NCBI RefSeq assembly: GCF_001194135.2
Contig: NC_068985.1
Location: 33,864,127-33,928,126, forward strand
DNA length: 64,000 bases
DNA from: Octopus bimaculoides
Lineage: Eukaryota
Direction of reading: 5' to 3'
Shown: piece after piece, positions 26,101-37,700 of the stretch
Layout: every line of letters begins with the position of its first letter
How positions within the stretch are numbered: the stretch's first letter is position 1
Notes under the pieces: model-generated
The model's database searches: none
What the model was told of the DNA's origin: nothing
What the model saw: the letters and a program-made list of their open reading frames with translations, nothing else
Made by a program: the position numbers and the translations under genes

Positions 26101-29100
26101 ACACAACAAAACCACTGAGTTACAAGATTTATTATTTACAAAAGACTAATGGCAATGTGAGGACAAGCTGAGAAAGGTACTTGGGTACACACCTCACCTG
26201 CAGGCTTCCCTATTCTTTCCATCTAGCAGTTACATTCGAAATATTAGTCACCTTGACCTACACTTCCATGCAATAGAAATCATGAAGCTGCAAAGTGAAT
26301 TTCAAAAGTCATTTATATATACATACAGATACATATGCATGTGTGGAGGTGCTTAGGTGGAATGTATGTGTTTAGGTGGCTCATATATGTGTTTAGGTGG
26401 CTCATCGTGCAAAATAAGGTTTAATGCGAAGAAAGGCAGCCAGGAGATCCATGGCTGTTACTTACAAGCTACTGTGGCTTAGTAGTGTGTATATGCTTTT
26501 GTTTATTGCTCTGTAGTTGTGAGCAAACATTGACACCCCCGCTCCCGTTGACCCAATAGAATATCAAGGAGGTGACACTTTGAAAGCAGACTGGCCTACA
26601 CAAGCACTCTGGTGATACTCAGTGTTGGCTGAATAGGCTGGAACATGAATGAAGTGGCCTTGCAAAAGCACAATGTGCCATCTGGTCCTGGAATTGAACC
26701 CATAGCCTTCACTAAGCTGTATGCCTTCAATAATATATACAATATTTTTGTGTGTACATTTATAGAATTTTATTGTGTTGTTACTGATTTGGTGTATGCA
26801 GTTACAAATTAATTTTGTTAGGACTGCTTTTATTTGTATCTTGTGAGCAATTTATAAAGCTCATTGATTATTAACGATAGTACTCTTAATTAAGCATTAA
26901 TTAGTAATACTTATTTCAGTAATATATCTAAATAATTGTATAAATATTTTCATGTGATCACCAATTCCTTACATTCTGAAGGTTGCTTGTGGTAAAAGAA
27001 TTTTTTTTGGCTGTGTAATTAACCAATTCATTACATAGATTAGCAGATATTTATATCTTTATATCAATGACTCTTGTTTTCTTCTATACTATCATTTCAT
27101 GTATTCAACAAGATTTTTATTTCTTTTAGAGCGTGCATTGTGGAAGGGCTTGGACATTTTAGTTGGCACACCAGGCCGTATTCTTGATCACATCCAGAAA
27201 GGCAATATGTCTTTGCAGAAAGCTAAACATGTAGTTTTGGATGAAGTTGACCAGATGTTGGACATGGGCTTTGCTGAATCTGTTGATGAAATTTTAAAGG
27301 TTGCTTATGACAAAGGTAATATCTGTGGAAATTTTGAAATTAACTATTTGATGATAAGAGTAAGTTTATTGTAACACTTGGTACACAAAATCTATTAGCT
27401 AAAAGTAAAAGCATAGTTATATGTAGTTCACATTTTTCTATACAAATAATACATATTTCCTTATTAAAATAACTTTCAGTGGACCCTCTCTCATTTTGTT
27501 GTATTTTGGTGATTCATGCCAATAAAACACACTGGGTCTATTTTGCTTCCTTTATTATTAAACTATTTTACCAATTAACGAATTAATTGAATCAATCATC
27601 AGTTCTTTCATTGCCATTCACATCTTTATCATATGCCCTTTCTACCTAGTTTACTAATTCTATATTTATATTTATGAGAAGGTGAGAGTATCTGACTGTG
27701 TGACATGATGTGGATTCTTTGTGTGAGAGTGTGTGCGTGCACACATTCCCACATATTTGTATGGTGTGGATTCTGTGGAAAGTGAGAGTGGCTAAATGTT
27801 TATTTATCTACTTTATGGTTAGTGTCTTTGTGATTAGACTTTGCATGTATGGACATTCACTTTTTGTATTCTTGGGATGGTATGTACCAAATTAGAATTA
27901 TATGACTGTTCATCTTACATTCTTATAATTCATAGGAATAAGGGATGGTAAATTCCTTATTCACATCATGTGGATTTTTTTAATAGATAAATTCTTTGAT
28001 ATATGACTTAGCTAATGTTACTATGATTGAACAGTGTACATTCAGCAATTTATTTTTTGTAAATCCACAGAGGATGAAGGACATAAGCCACAGACGTTAC
28101 TTTTTTCTGCAACTCTGCCGCCCTGGGTGTATAGAACTGCCCAAAAATACATGAAAAAAGATGTTAAGAAGGTTGACTTGATTGGCCAGCAACAAATAAA
28201 GACTTCTACAACTGTACAGGTATGTTATGAAGCTCTAAACTTTAGATTTTAATTGCTCTGCTATTAAAAGAAATATTTGTTCCGGTTCAGGATAGATTAA
28301 CTGTTAATATTACATCTAATTTACCATGATCTCGAGATTTACATAGGTGTTATAAAGTCTCACAGGTATCATAAATCTGTGACCTTTTGCCAAATTCGTG
28401 TTCAACATTAGTCTTGTAATCCTATGGTATTTCTTTTAGTAGCATTAATAAGCTTTCACTCAGCTGTTACTTGTGGCCAAAGAAAATTTTAGCACTTTCA
28501 AAACATAGTAAACAATCAGTTTTGTTTTGCTGTCTTAGACTTTTCAGTACTAAGAAGGCTCACTTTTAACCCTTTCGTTACCAAACCGCCCAAAGCCGCC
28601 CGAAAAAAATTTTGGTTCATGTGACCAAGCCGCCTGTAATCACCTATTCATATTTAAATGAGAATATCTGAGCAAATCTCGTTAGTACATTCGTGAAAAC
28701 ACGTGATTATTTGTGTAAACAGTTCAGCTATAGTTTTGTACGACGATCAACGTGTTTTTTTAATTTTGGGAGATTTTTTTCCAAATTTGTTCCTGTTGTG
28801 TTTTCAAAATTTGTNNNNNNNNNNNNNNNNNNNNNNNNNNNNNNNNNNNNNNNNNNNNNNNNNNNNNNNNNNNNNNNNNNNNNNNNNNNNNNNNNNNNNN
28901 NNNNNNNNNNNNNNNNNNNNNNNNNNNNNNNNNNNNNNNNNNNNNNNNNNNNNNNNNNNNNNNNNNNNNNNNNNNNNNNNNNNNNNNNNNNNNNNNNNNN
29001 NNNNNNNNNNNNNNNNNNNNNNNNNNNNNNNNNNNNNNNNNNNNNNNNNNNNNNNNNNNNNNNNNNNNNNNNNNNNNNNNNNNNNNNNNNNNNNNNNNNN

Positions 29101-32100
29101 NNNNNNNNNNNNNNNNNNNNNNNNNNNNNNNNNNNNNNNNNNNNNNNNNNNNNNNNNNNNNNNNNNNNNNNNNNNNNNNNNNNNNNNNNNNNNNNNNNNN
29201 NNNNNNNNNNNNNNNNNNNNNNNNNNNNNNNNNNNNNNNNNNNNNNNNNNNNNNNNNNNNNNNNNNNNNNNNNNNNNNNNNNNNNNNNNNNNNNNNNNNN
29301 NNNNNNNNNNNNNNNNNNNNNNNNNNNNNNNNNNNNNNNNNNNNNNNNNNNNNNNNNNNNNNNNNNNNNNNNNNNNNNNNNNNNNNNNNNNNNNNNNNNN
29401 NNNNNNNNNNNNNNNNNNNNNNNNNNNNNNNNNNNNNNNNNNNNNNNNNNNNNNNNNNNNNNNNNNNNNNNNNNNNNNNNNNNNNNNNNNNNNNNNNNNN
29501 NNNNNNNNNNNNNNNNNNNNNNNNNNNNNNNNNNNNNNNNNNNNNNNNNNNNNNNNNNNNNNNNNNNNNNNNNNNNNNNNNNNNNNNNNNNNNNNNNNNN
29601 NNNNNNNNNNNNNNNNNNNNNNNNNNNNNNNNNNNNNNNNNNNNNNNNNNNNNNNNNNNNNNNNNNNNNNNNNNNNNNNNCAGTAATGTGCACAACTCTT
29701 CTATAATAATATTTTTTTGTATACCCAATTGAATATTAGCTAATAACCCATTTTCTATAGCGATGTTTGAACAAAAATTTAAATAATTTTATATTTTGTT
29801 GAATTTACCTGTAATTAAAGTCACTTTGTGACAAAAATTTTGGTATAGAATTGGTTGAGAACCTTTCGTTAATTTATCTTCCAAAAATCACATTAATATG
29901 TTGATAAATAAAAAAGTTAGTTGTTTAACGAAACCAGCCTAAATTTATGATTATGTTAGAAATTAATTGAAACACATAAGGGGTGTAATTTGGTTAGAAA
30001 TATGGTAACGAAAGGGTTAAATAGAAACATCAACCAAAATCTTATTGCACAAAGGAAAGCAAGTGATTTCAATGGGTAAAAGTTCTATCAGTATTATATA
30101 AGGCTCTTTTGCTGTGTTGTATTTTAAACACTAAATATAACAGTTAATACAAAGGTTGGTTAAATTTTTAATCCATTTCAAAACTAAAGCAGGGGTCTTA
30201 TTTGATTTTGTCACAAAGCTATTAAAATAACATTGATTATAAATGCAGTTTTTAAAAAAAGTATAATTTTTACTTTCCAGCACCTTGCTATCAAATGTAG
30301 CATTCAAGACCGTAACAGTATTATTGCTGATATAATCCAAGTGTACAGTGGTAATCATGGTCGTGCCATTGTGTTCTGTCAAACAAAAAAGCAAGCTGAT
30401 GAGCTTGCTGTTAGTGCTTCAATGAAGTTAGATGCTCATGTGTTGCATGGTGACATTCCCCAAGATAAGAGAGAACTTGTCCTTAAGGTAAGATATTTAT
30501 TTAAACTTCGTAAAATTTGAAGTATAATTAATGGCTACATTGAACTTAATGAAACACTGCTCATTAATTAGTTTTATTTATTTCTGTGCAATATTTGTTT
30601 AAATTCTTCATTGAATAGCAGTCCTAAATTAAATACTCCTTTAAATAATTGTCTTAAGATACAATATGAATTTTGTACTTANNNNNNNNNNNNNNNNNNN
30701 NNNNNNNNNNNNNNNNNNNNNNNNNNNNNNNNNNNNCTGTTTCACTGGTGAAATTGGTGTATATGTTAAAGATTTTATGACAGCTGCAGTTATTTCAGAA
30801 ATATTACTACTAGCACAGAAGATAAACATTAAATACACTGGAATAGTATGGATTAAGTTAGTTTTGTATGTGTGTGTGTGTGATTCGGCATTTTTCATCT
30901 GTATTCTATAGTATTATTTTTGTAGCTTTTCTCCTTTTCTGAATCTATCCTTCTACTTGTGTTAATATTCAGAGCTTCCGCGATAGTAAGTACAAAGTTC
31001 TTCTAACAACTGATGTTGCTGCAAGAGGCTTAGATATACCAGAGGTTGATTTAGTTGTGCAGTGTAGTCCACCAAAAGATACAGATGCCTATATACATCG
31101 CTCTGGAAGAACAGGACGTGCTGGCCGTTCAGGGATAAGTGTTTTATTTTATTCACCGCGCCAAGAAAGTGACCTTATGCAAGTTGAACGAAGAGCTGTG
31201 AGTTATTTTATATTATGCATATCATTTTATTCCCTTATTGTTATCAAATTAAAGTTCATATATGGGATAGACATAGTCCTTTAATCTATTTAACACCACT
31301 ATTTGATCCATAGGTAAGTCAGTAAAAAGAATCAACGAATTAAGAAGTTTGCTATACCACTATTTTGGTCTTGGGTTTCAAGCTACTGCACAGTACCTTT
31401 GACTGAAACCTCAGGTTAATCTATGCATTGAGTGGAATTTTGTTGGTGGAAACCATGTTGACTTTGTATGTGTGCACGCACACACGCATGGCTGTATGGT
31501 TAACATGTTTATAATTGTAACCACATGGTTTCAGCTTTTATCTCACTGCATTATACCTTGAGCATGTCGTTGGCTGAAACTATACTGAGGCTTGTTTATA
31601 TGTGTGTATATTGTTTGTGCTTCTCCATGCATCCTCACATTGTGCATTGTCTCCCATAAAGAGTATATCTAGCAACTCAGATCATGTGGAGAGCAGTGGA
31701 ATATAGGGAAAAAGAACTGGCAACAGGAAGCATATTTGGTTGTTAAGAAGAGTGTGTTGAATTGCCTTTCTATATGACTAATATAGCAATTTGCTGAAAT
31801 ATGTACCAGACTGAGATATATATGGAGGTCAGTAGGATCAACTAAAACCCCTCTCTGGTTGCATTCCTGTAATTGAAACCAGTAAAAATAAGTAGATTAA
31901 AATAGATATACACGTATATGATGTATTTGGAGTAATTATTGTTACATTTTCAACTTTGCTTTTATTAAATAAAACCTTTTTTTTTATAGGGTGTCAGTTT
32001 TAAGCGAATTGGTCCACCAACCACAGTAGATATCATCAAAACATATGCTAAAGATGCTGCAAGGTAATGATGTGTAATATCTTTTTATTGTAGGGTTATA

Positions 32101-35100
32101 TTTGATATGTATATTAATTATTGAATGACAAAGGAACAGGACATATGCAGTCAACTCCATTAGCTTACAGCTGTTTCAGATTTAAAATGTAGAAAAGTTT
32201 TTAAAAATCCAGTAGAATAGGGTGAAAAACTAGAGGTAGTCGATAGCTTCCGCTATCTGGGCGACCAAGTTAGTAGTGGGGGTGGGTGCGCTGAAAGTGT
32301 AGCTGCTAGAATAAGAATAGCCTGGGCAAAGTTTAGAGAGCTCTTACCCCTGCTGGCGACAAAGGGACTCTCACTCAGAGTAAAAGGCAGACTGTATGAC
32401 GCATGCGTACGAACAACCATGCTACATGGCAGTGAAACATGGGTTGTAACTGCTGAGGACATACGTAAGCTCGCAAGGAATGAAGCCAGTATGCTCCGTT
32501 GGATGTGTAATNNNNNNNNNNNNNNNNNNNNNNNNNNNNNNNNNNNNNNNNNNNNNNNNNNNNNNNNNNNNNNNNNNNNNNNNNNNNNNNNNNNNNNNNN
32601 NNNNNNNNNNNNNNNNNNNNNNNNNNNNNNNNNNNNNNNNNNNNNNNNNNNNNNNNNNNNNNNNNNNNNNNNNNNNNNNNNNNNNNNNNNNNNNNNNNNN
32701 NNNNNNNNNNNNNNNNNNNNNNNNNNNNNNNNNNNNNNNNNNNNNNNNNNNNNNNNNNNNNNNNNNNNNNNNNNNNNNNNNNNNNNNNNNNNNNNNNNNN
32801 NNNNNNNNNNNNNNNNNNNNNNNNNNNNNNNNNNNNNNNNNNNNNNNNNNNNNNNNNNNNNNNNNNNNNNNNNNNNNNNNNNNNNNNNNNNNNNNNNNNN
32901 NNNNNNNNNNNNNNNNNNNNNNNNNNNNNNNNNNNNNNNNNNNNNNNNNNNNNNNNNNNNNNNNNNNNNNNNNNNNNNNNNNNNNNNNNNNNNNNNNNAC
33001 TGGTTCTTGTGCGGGTGGCACATGAGATGCACCATTTTGAGCGTGGCCGTTGCCAGTACCGCCTGACTGGCTCCTGTAGGATTTTCGAGCGAGATCGTTG
33101 CCAGTGCCCCTGGACTGGCTTGTGCGGGTGGCACATAAAAGACACCTTTTCGTGCGGGTGACACGTAAAAGCACCCACTACACTCTCTGAGTGGTTGGCG
33201 TTAGGAAGGGCATCCAGCTGTAGAAACTCTGCCAAATCAGACTGGAGCCTGGTGTTGCCATCCGGTTTCACCAGTCCTCAGTCAAATCGTCCAAACCATG
33301 CTAGCATGGAAAGCGGACGTTAAACGATGATGATGATGATGATGATGACATACAGGGAACAAAGTATTGATCTTAAAAAATTAGCTGTGTTATTGTTAAA
33401 AACAAATCTATATCTATGTTTTACCTGGGAATTGCTGTAACTTGTAATTTGAATGATTGCTTGCCTGTGTTTTGAGTAAGTTTTACCCAAAGAAAAGGGA
33501 ATTTGAAGAAATTCTCATTCTAATTTTTGTGTTGTTGCTGAAAACTCTGATCTTTTACAATATGGCATTGTTGCACTAGTTCGCATAATTTTCTTCCTCT
33601 TCAAATATCGTTTTTACTCTATAATATAGTTGAATTAAATAATTTCAATATCTTGAGAAATAACCTATTTCATGAAGATGTCTGCTCCAATATAGCCTGG
33701 TGCAGTTTATGATATTTCACTTTTGAGGCAAGATGTTAGGAGTGTCAGTATTCCATGTCAAATTCCTAATATGGATTGATTTAATTCCTTGTGTAGTCCA
33801 TTAAATTGTTTCAAGAACCCAGCCATACACAACCTTTTTAGTGAAGATTTTATTTTACTTTTGGCCTTTAGTAATATGTCTTTGAATCTGAAGGTAATGA
33901 TGTCAAGCAAAGTAATTACTTATCATTTTTAAGCTTATGTGACTTGATCCTCTTCCTCCCCTCCACAATAAATTGAAAGAAAGCAAATTGGTACTAATTG
34001 TTTTTCTGTCTCTTTTGCAGATCTTTAGATAACGTTCCTGATGAAACTTTAGATTACTTTAGAGACTCTGCCAATATTCTTATTGAGGAACGAGGAGCTG
34101 AGAATGCTCTTGCCGCAGCACTTGCGGTTATTTCTAAAAGCACAAAAATTATTTCTCGATCACTTTTAAGTGCTAAAGAGGTAAAGTATCCTTAAATTCT
34201 GTTGTATTGTGTATATGTCTGTATTTTGGGGGAATGGTGGGTGTTTTAACAGTTGGGTAAAATGTAACAGATCACTTTATATACAGGATATTTCTTGTAG
34301 TTATGATGGTTGAAGATAAAAGACTTAGGTTGAAGCCCACCTTTTTCTAAATGTTTTTTAAAAACCTAGATAACAAGAAGTCCACTTTATTAAATGTACA
34401 ATATGTGCTGAAGGGGTTAATTATAAATGTAATAATGTGAAAGTTATTAACTAATACGGCAATTATATTTAATTATAAATGTATGTATGAAGTGTTGAGT
34501 TGGACGTTGGAAATGGTGTGAAAGCATTGTTACTTAGGAGATATATTGAATAGAGGAGTAGGATCAGATTTGGCAGCGGTGGTTTAGTAAGATGTGCATA
34601 GATGGTGTTGCCAGAATTGCTTGACACTCCAATGAGGAGAGTAATGAATGCAAAGCAGTAGAAAAGGCTAGAAAGTGTAGAAAATGATAATAGTTCTGTT
34701 GATCAGCAGTGTTTATTGCTTAGATAGAGGGACAAAGCAATGAAGTATAAGGGATGATAGGAATAGATTTTGGTGGAATGTATGAAGATAAATAAAGTAG
34801 GTGTGTTACATGCTGAGGAAGGATGTGACTGAGTAAGAAGAATGATAGAAATGAGTGTGGGAGAAAGTAAAAGAAAGAGAACTAGCTGAAAAGTAATAGA
34901 GAAGGAAATGGGAGCAAGCAAGTTACTGAGGATGTAGAGTGGAGAAAACTTATGAGTCTGCAAAGCTCTCTGTATTCGAGAAAACAATCCGACAATGCTT
35001 GTTGCAGGCCATCACTATTTTCCTGAGATTCCATAAATTCTTTATGACCTTTGTGTATATCCAACTTCTTGAGTAAGGATAGTATTGGAAAACCATGCTA

Positions 35101-35881
35101 ACAATCATCTATGATAGTATATTACTATACATTATAGTATACATTACGTTATAGCTTTTGTATTTGTTTCCATTGTTCAGATTTTGGAGATGTCTTTTTA
35201 TTAATTCAATTTTTTTTAATACATTTTAGGGATATGTATCTTTTGTTTTGCGAACAAATACAGAAATTCGTTCCCCAGGCTATCTGTTAAATGCTTTGGA
35301 GCGACAGGTACCAGAAATGTCCTATAAAGTTGGAGAAATTCGTTTAACAAAAGACAAAAAAGTGAGTATTTGTAAGAATTCACCTGTTACACTGGAAAAC
35401 TATTTTTAGCATTCATTATTGATATGTAATGCTTGTTGTAAATATTAATTGCTAGATATTTTGGTTCATTTTTCTATAATGGCTAAATTATTTATTCTGT
35501 ATAGATAATACAAAGATCAGATTTGAAGTCCTTGACAACTTTGTTTTTGTATTTTAGGGTGGTGTCCTAGATGTCCCAGCAGATATGGTGCGGCTTTTGG
35601 AAATGAAATGGTTAAATTCAAAACATGAATCTTTAGAAAAAGCAACTGAACTGCCAGAACTAATAGAAGACAACAGCGCAATGAGGAATGGCAGACGAGG
35701 CTATGGAGGTGGTGGTGGTGGTGGTGGCGGTGGTTATGGAGGTGGCTGGGGACGTGACAGGAACTCTAGAGGTGGTGGTGGTGGTGGTGGTGGGTTTAAC
35801 AGAGGCCGCAGACCAGACTGGAGAAATAGTAGATTTGATAATCATGGAGGTCCACCCAAGAAACGCTTCAGATTTGACTAA
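15471..35881 (+). CDS. DDX21: Nucleolar DEAD-box RNA helicase, DDX21/DDX50 family (gene span; 14 coding exons, 1923 nt, about 640 aa)
   Basis: Exons join in frame across GT-AG introns. They give the Q motif region (GAFSNF..LFPIQ), motif I AQARTGTGKT, Ia [11 protein letters not shown], Ib TPGR, II DEVD (typical of DDX21/50), [38 protein letters not shown], a GUCT-like region and a Gly/Arg tail. Extra exons in the 5.5-kb first intron cannot be excluded. Confidence 0.93.
17100..17160. repeat. (TG)/(TA)n/(CA) microsatellite (other (TA)n tracts at about 11992, 12416, 40107, 49515 and 63222)
   Basis: Directly visible. Confidence 0.9.
18214..18772 (+). mobile_element. SINE family 1 copy interrupted at about 18398-18590
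   Basis: 5' half and 3' half separated by an unrelated 190-bp block. Confidence 0.8.
19655..20779 (+). mobile_element. Degenerate Tc1/mariner element in DDX21 intron 1
   Basis: TA-flanked imperfect TIRs (TTGAGTTAGCCAAAAAGTTC / GGACTTTTTGGCCAACTCAG). Broken transposase remnants: [26 protein letters not shown] (HTH) and a decayed EVL.HP.YSPDLAPSDFHLF-like segment. Confidence 0.8.
21072..21198 (+). CDS. DDX21: DDX21-like exon 2: [42 protein letters not shown]
   Basis: Pyrimidine tract plus CAG acceptor, GTATTG donor. GAFSNF matches the start of the DDX21 Q-motif region. Confidence 0.9.
22232..22315 (+). CDS. DDX21: DDX21-like exon 3: [28 protein letters not shown]
   Basis: TTTTTTGCAG acceptor, GTAAGT donor, Q motif LFPIQ. 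Confidence 0.93.
23590..23609 (+). CDS. DDX21: DDX21-like exon 4 (20-nt microexon): (R)TGTGKT
   Basis: TTTTTCTGTCTTCAG acceptor, GTAAGT donor. Supplies Walker A in the correct phase. Confidence 0.92.
24422..24493 (+). CDS. DDX21: DDX21-like exon 5: [24 protein letters not shown]
   Basis: TTTTATTTCAG acceptor, GTAAGA donor, phase 0/0. Confidence 0.92.
24709..25405 (-). mobile_element. Older RTE LINE fragment in DDX21 intron 5
   Basis: ORF 24864-25172 ([14 protein letters not shown]) and a reversed 3' UTR; more decayed than the other copies. Confidence 0.7.
25874..25991 (+). CDS. DDX21: DDX21-like exon 6: [14 protein letters not shown]...[10 protein letters not shown]
   Basis: Motif Ia and GG doublet; TTTTCTAG acceptor, GTTAGT donor. 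Confidence 0.94.
27130..27315 (+). CDS. DDX21: DDX21-like exon 7: [20 protein letters not shown]...[13 protein letters not shown]...AYDK
   Basis: Motifs Ib and II (DEVD) inside ORF 27099-27374; TTCTTTTAG acceptor, GTAATA donor. Confidence 0.95.
28071..28219 (+). CDS. DDX21: DDX21-like exon 8: [20 protein letters not shown]...KTSTTVQ
   Basis: Motif III SAT; CACAG acceptor, GTATGT donor. Confidence 0.95.
28566..30020. mobile_element. piggyBac-like element in DDX21 intron 8 (centre lost in an assembly gap)
   Basis: TTAA-CCCTTTCGTTACCA ... TGGTAACGAAAGGG-TTAA: perfect 14-bp TIR plus TTAA target duplication. Confidence 0.8.
28815..29680. other. Assembly gap (others: 30682-30736, 32512-32998, 37404-37413, 37882-37941, 42284-42482)
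   Basis: Runs of N; most sit inside young repeats. Confidence 1.
30281..30487 (+). CDS. DDX21: DDX21-like exon 9: HLAIKC...[16 protein letters not shown]...[15 protein letters not shown]
   Basis: Motif IV and the HGDIPQ..R motif; TTTCCAG acceptor, GTAAGA donor. Confidence 0.95.
30973..31197 (+). CDS. DDX21: DDX21-like exon 10: [25 protein letters not shown]...[12 protein letters not shown]...VERRA
   Basis: Motifs V and VI; TTCAG acceptor, GTGAGT donor. Confidence 0.95.
31990..32063 (+). CDS. DDX21: DDX21-like exon 11: [24 protein letters not shown]
   Basis: TTTTTATAG acceptor, GTAATG donor. FKRIGxP is typical of the family after motif VI. Confidence 0.9.
32211..33348 (+). mobile_element. 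5'-truncated RTE-clade LINE in DDX21 intron 11 (spans a gap)
   Basis: RT C-terminal peptide FRYLGD...[14 protein letters not shown]...MLHGSETW...EASMLRWMC; 3' tail GGACGTTAAAC(GAT)n. Confidence 0.85.
34021..34180 (+). CDS. DDX21: DDX21-like exon 12: [14 protein letters not shown]...[10 protein letters not shown]...SRSLLSAKE
   Basis: TCTTTTGCAG acceptor, GTAAAG donor. The ALAAALA and RSLL motifs lead into the GUCT domain. Confidence 0.93.
34480..35060 (-). mobile_element. Decayed CR1-like LINE 3' fragment in DDX21 intron 12
   Basis: ORF 34703-34987 (IQRAL...HP) resembles a CR1 RT C-terminus; no splice-compatible exon. Confidence 0.4.
35230..35361 (+). CDS. DDX21: DDX21-like exon 13 (GUCT region): [18 protein letters not shown]...IRLTKDKK
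   Basis: TTTTAG acceptor, GTGAGT donor, 44 open codons in phase 0. Confidence 0.88.
35558..35881 (+). CDS. DDX21: DDX21-like terminal exon: [11 protein letters not shown]...RGYGGGG...RGGGG...PPKKRFRFD*
   Basis: ATTTTAG acceptor; in frame with ORF 35585-35881; stop TAA. Confidence 0.92.
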   Translation, partial: GGVLDVPADMVRLLEMKWLNSKHESLEKATELPELIEDNSAMRNGRRGYGGGGGGGGGGYGGGWGRDRNSRGGGGGGGGFNRGRRPDWRNSRFDNHGGPPKKRFRFD

Positions 35882-35951
35882 CAACTCATGAAGAGAAACT
35901 TTAAAATGAAAGTTTTCAAAAGATATACACACTGACTTCATAAAAAATTGT

Positions 35952-36066
35952 GTGTATGTATGTATATATATATATATATATATAGATATATTGATATATA
36001 TATATACACACACACACACATATACATATATATACACACGCACACACACACACACACACACATATA
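35952..36066. repeat. Compound (TA)n/(CA)n microsatellite in the DDX21 3' UTR region
   Basis: Directly visible, about 70 nt after the stop codon. Confidence 0.9.
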
Positions 36067-37127
36067 GGTTGACTGCCTCATGGTTATATTGGACCAAAAA
36101 CTGGGCTGTAGAGAAGGTGGAGTTCTGTGCTGTCAGCTAAACTGTACCAAAATGTTTCTTTTTTTAGTCTTCACTAATATTTCCACCATCACAGCATACA
36201 AATCTTTTTGCTTCTTTCAGGTGAATCTGTAATATAACATTAAGCATAACTTCTTCTTGTTATTCATTTATTCTGTGATTTGATTGTATGACTATGTCAT
36301 TGAAGTGCTGATAAATTGTGAACATGATCTACTACAGCTATATTTCATTAGGTAGAATTACGCAGTGTTCACAGAAATTTTTAAAGCTCAGTCTATTGAT
36401 TGGGAATATTTTTACTAAAGTTTGCATGTATCATAAGTTATAGTTTTATGATAATAGTCATGATCTATCCGTGTCTCTAGTGAACCTTTAACAAGAAAGT
36501 TAGGTCTTCTAATGTAGTATACTATTTCTGCAAATGTAAACCGATTTGGAAATGGCATATTTATAGGTAACTATGGATTCAGTGCCCTTAACAACAAACT
36601 TAACTAAAGAATGACCAGCACAATATGCTAATTGTTACTGAAATTTGTTGAAACGTCCTTTTGATGAACATGTTCCTGTTTATCGTGAATCAGTTCTGCA
36701 CAAGCAAGCTTAGAGAAAACAGTTTTTTTTTTTGTTTTGTTTTTTAAAGAATAGCCTGCCTTGTTTTCATGTTTGTCTAACATCCACTTTTTTCATGCTA
36801 GTATGGCTTACACAAGGAGTTATTTGAAGCAGGATTTTGCAGCAGTATGTTCTTCCTAAGTACCCAGTTATGTTAGCAAGGAACGACAACAATATTATCA
36901 TTTGCTCAAGCAGTTAGTGATGCATAAAATATCAACATTAACCTGTGTACACACACGTCTGTGCATGCAGTATTTATCTACCATAGTCTTCTATAGCGCT
37001 AGCTGTAATAAAAGACAACTGAAGTGGGATTGAACCCAAAACCACATGGTTGTGGAGCAATCTTTTTAACCACGCAGCCATTTCTGTGTTATAGAACATT
37101 TGAGTATTTGAGTTGATGTAGCAGTTG

Positions 37128-37700
37128 AGGGTACCTGTGGAAGAGGTAGACCCAGGAAGACCTGGGATAAGGTGGTGAAGCACGACTTTCGAACATTAGG
37201 CCTCACCGAGGCAATGACTAGTGACTGAGACCGTTGGAAATATGTTGTGCATGAGAAGAACCGGCAAGAAAAGTGAGACCATAACCCGTGGCCTTTACCA
37301 TGGGTGTGGCCAGCCCACTTATGCATACCTTTACTTCTTTGGACACAAAACCCTGCTTGCGAAGACCTGTTGAGGCAAGTGAAATCACAATCGAAATTGA
37401 ACCNNNNNNNNNNGAAGACCTGTTGAGGCAAGTGAAATCACAATCGAAATTGAACCAAATTCGACGACTGGCACCCATGCCAACCTTCCTTCATTAGACA
37501 CTAAACTCACCTTGCGAAGACCTGTTGGGGCAAGTGTAAAAAGCACCCACTACACTCTGAGTGGTTGGTGTTAGGAAGGGCATCCAGCTGTAGAAACTAT
37601 GCCAGATCAGATTGGAGCTTGGTGCAACCATCTGGTTCGCCAGTCCTCAGTCAAATCGCCCAACCCATGCTAGCATGGAAAGCAGACGTTAAATGATGAT
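37128..37700 (+). mobile_element. RTE LINE 3' fragment
   Basis: GRGRPRKTWDKVV-type coding end plus the conserved 3' UTR (TAGGAAGGGCATCCAGCTGTAGAAAC...GACGTTAAATGATGAT). Confidence 0.8.

Noticed and set aside
28693-33271. Long ORFs of 180-337 aa in the ORF track
   Set aside because: They are open only because they run through N-gaps; the real flanks are piggyBac-like or RTE sequence.
37361-37456. Direct repeat GAAGACCTGTTGAGGCAAGTGAAATCACAATCGAAATTGAACC that might look like a CRISPR-type repeat
   Set aside because: The two copies flank a 10-N gap inside an RTE 3' UTR, so this is most likely an unmerged contig overlap. There are no spacers or cas genes, and the DNA is eukaryotic.
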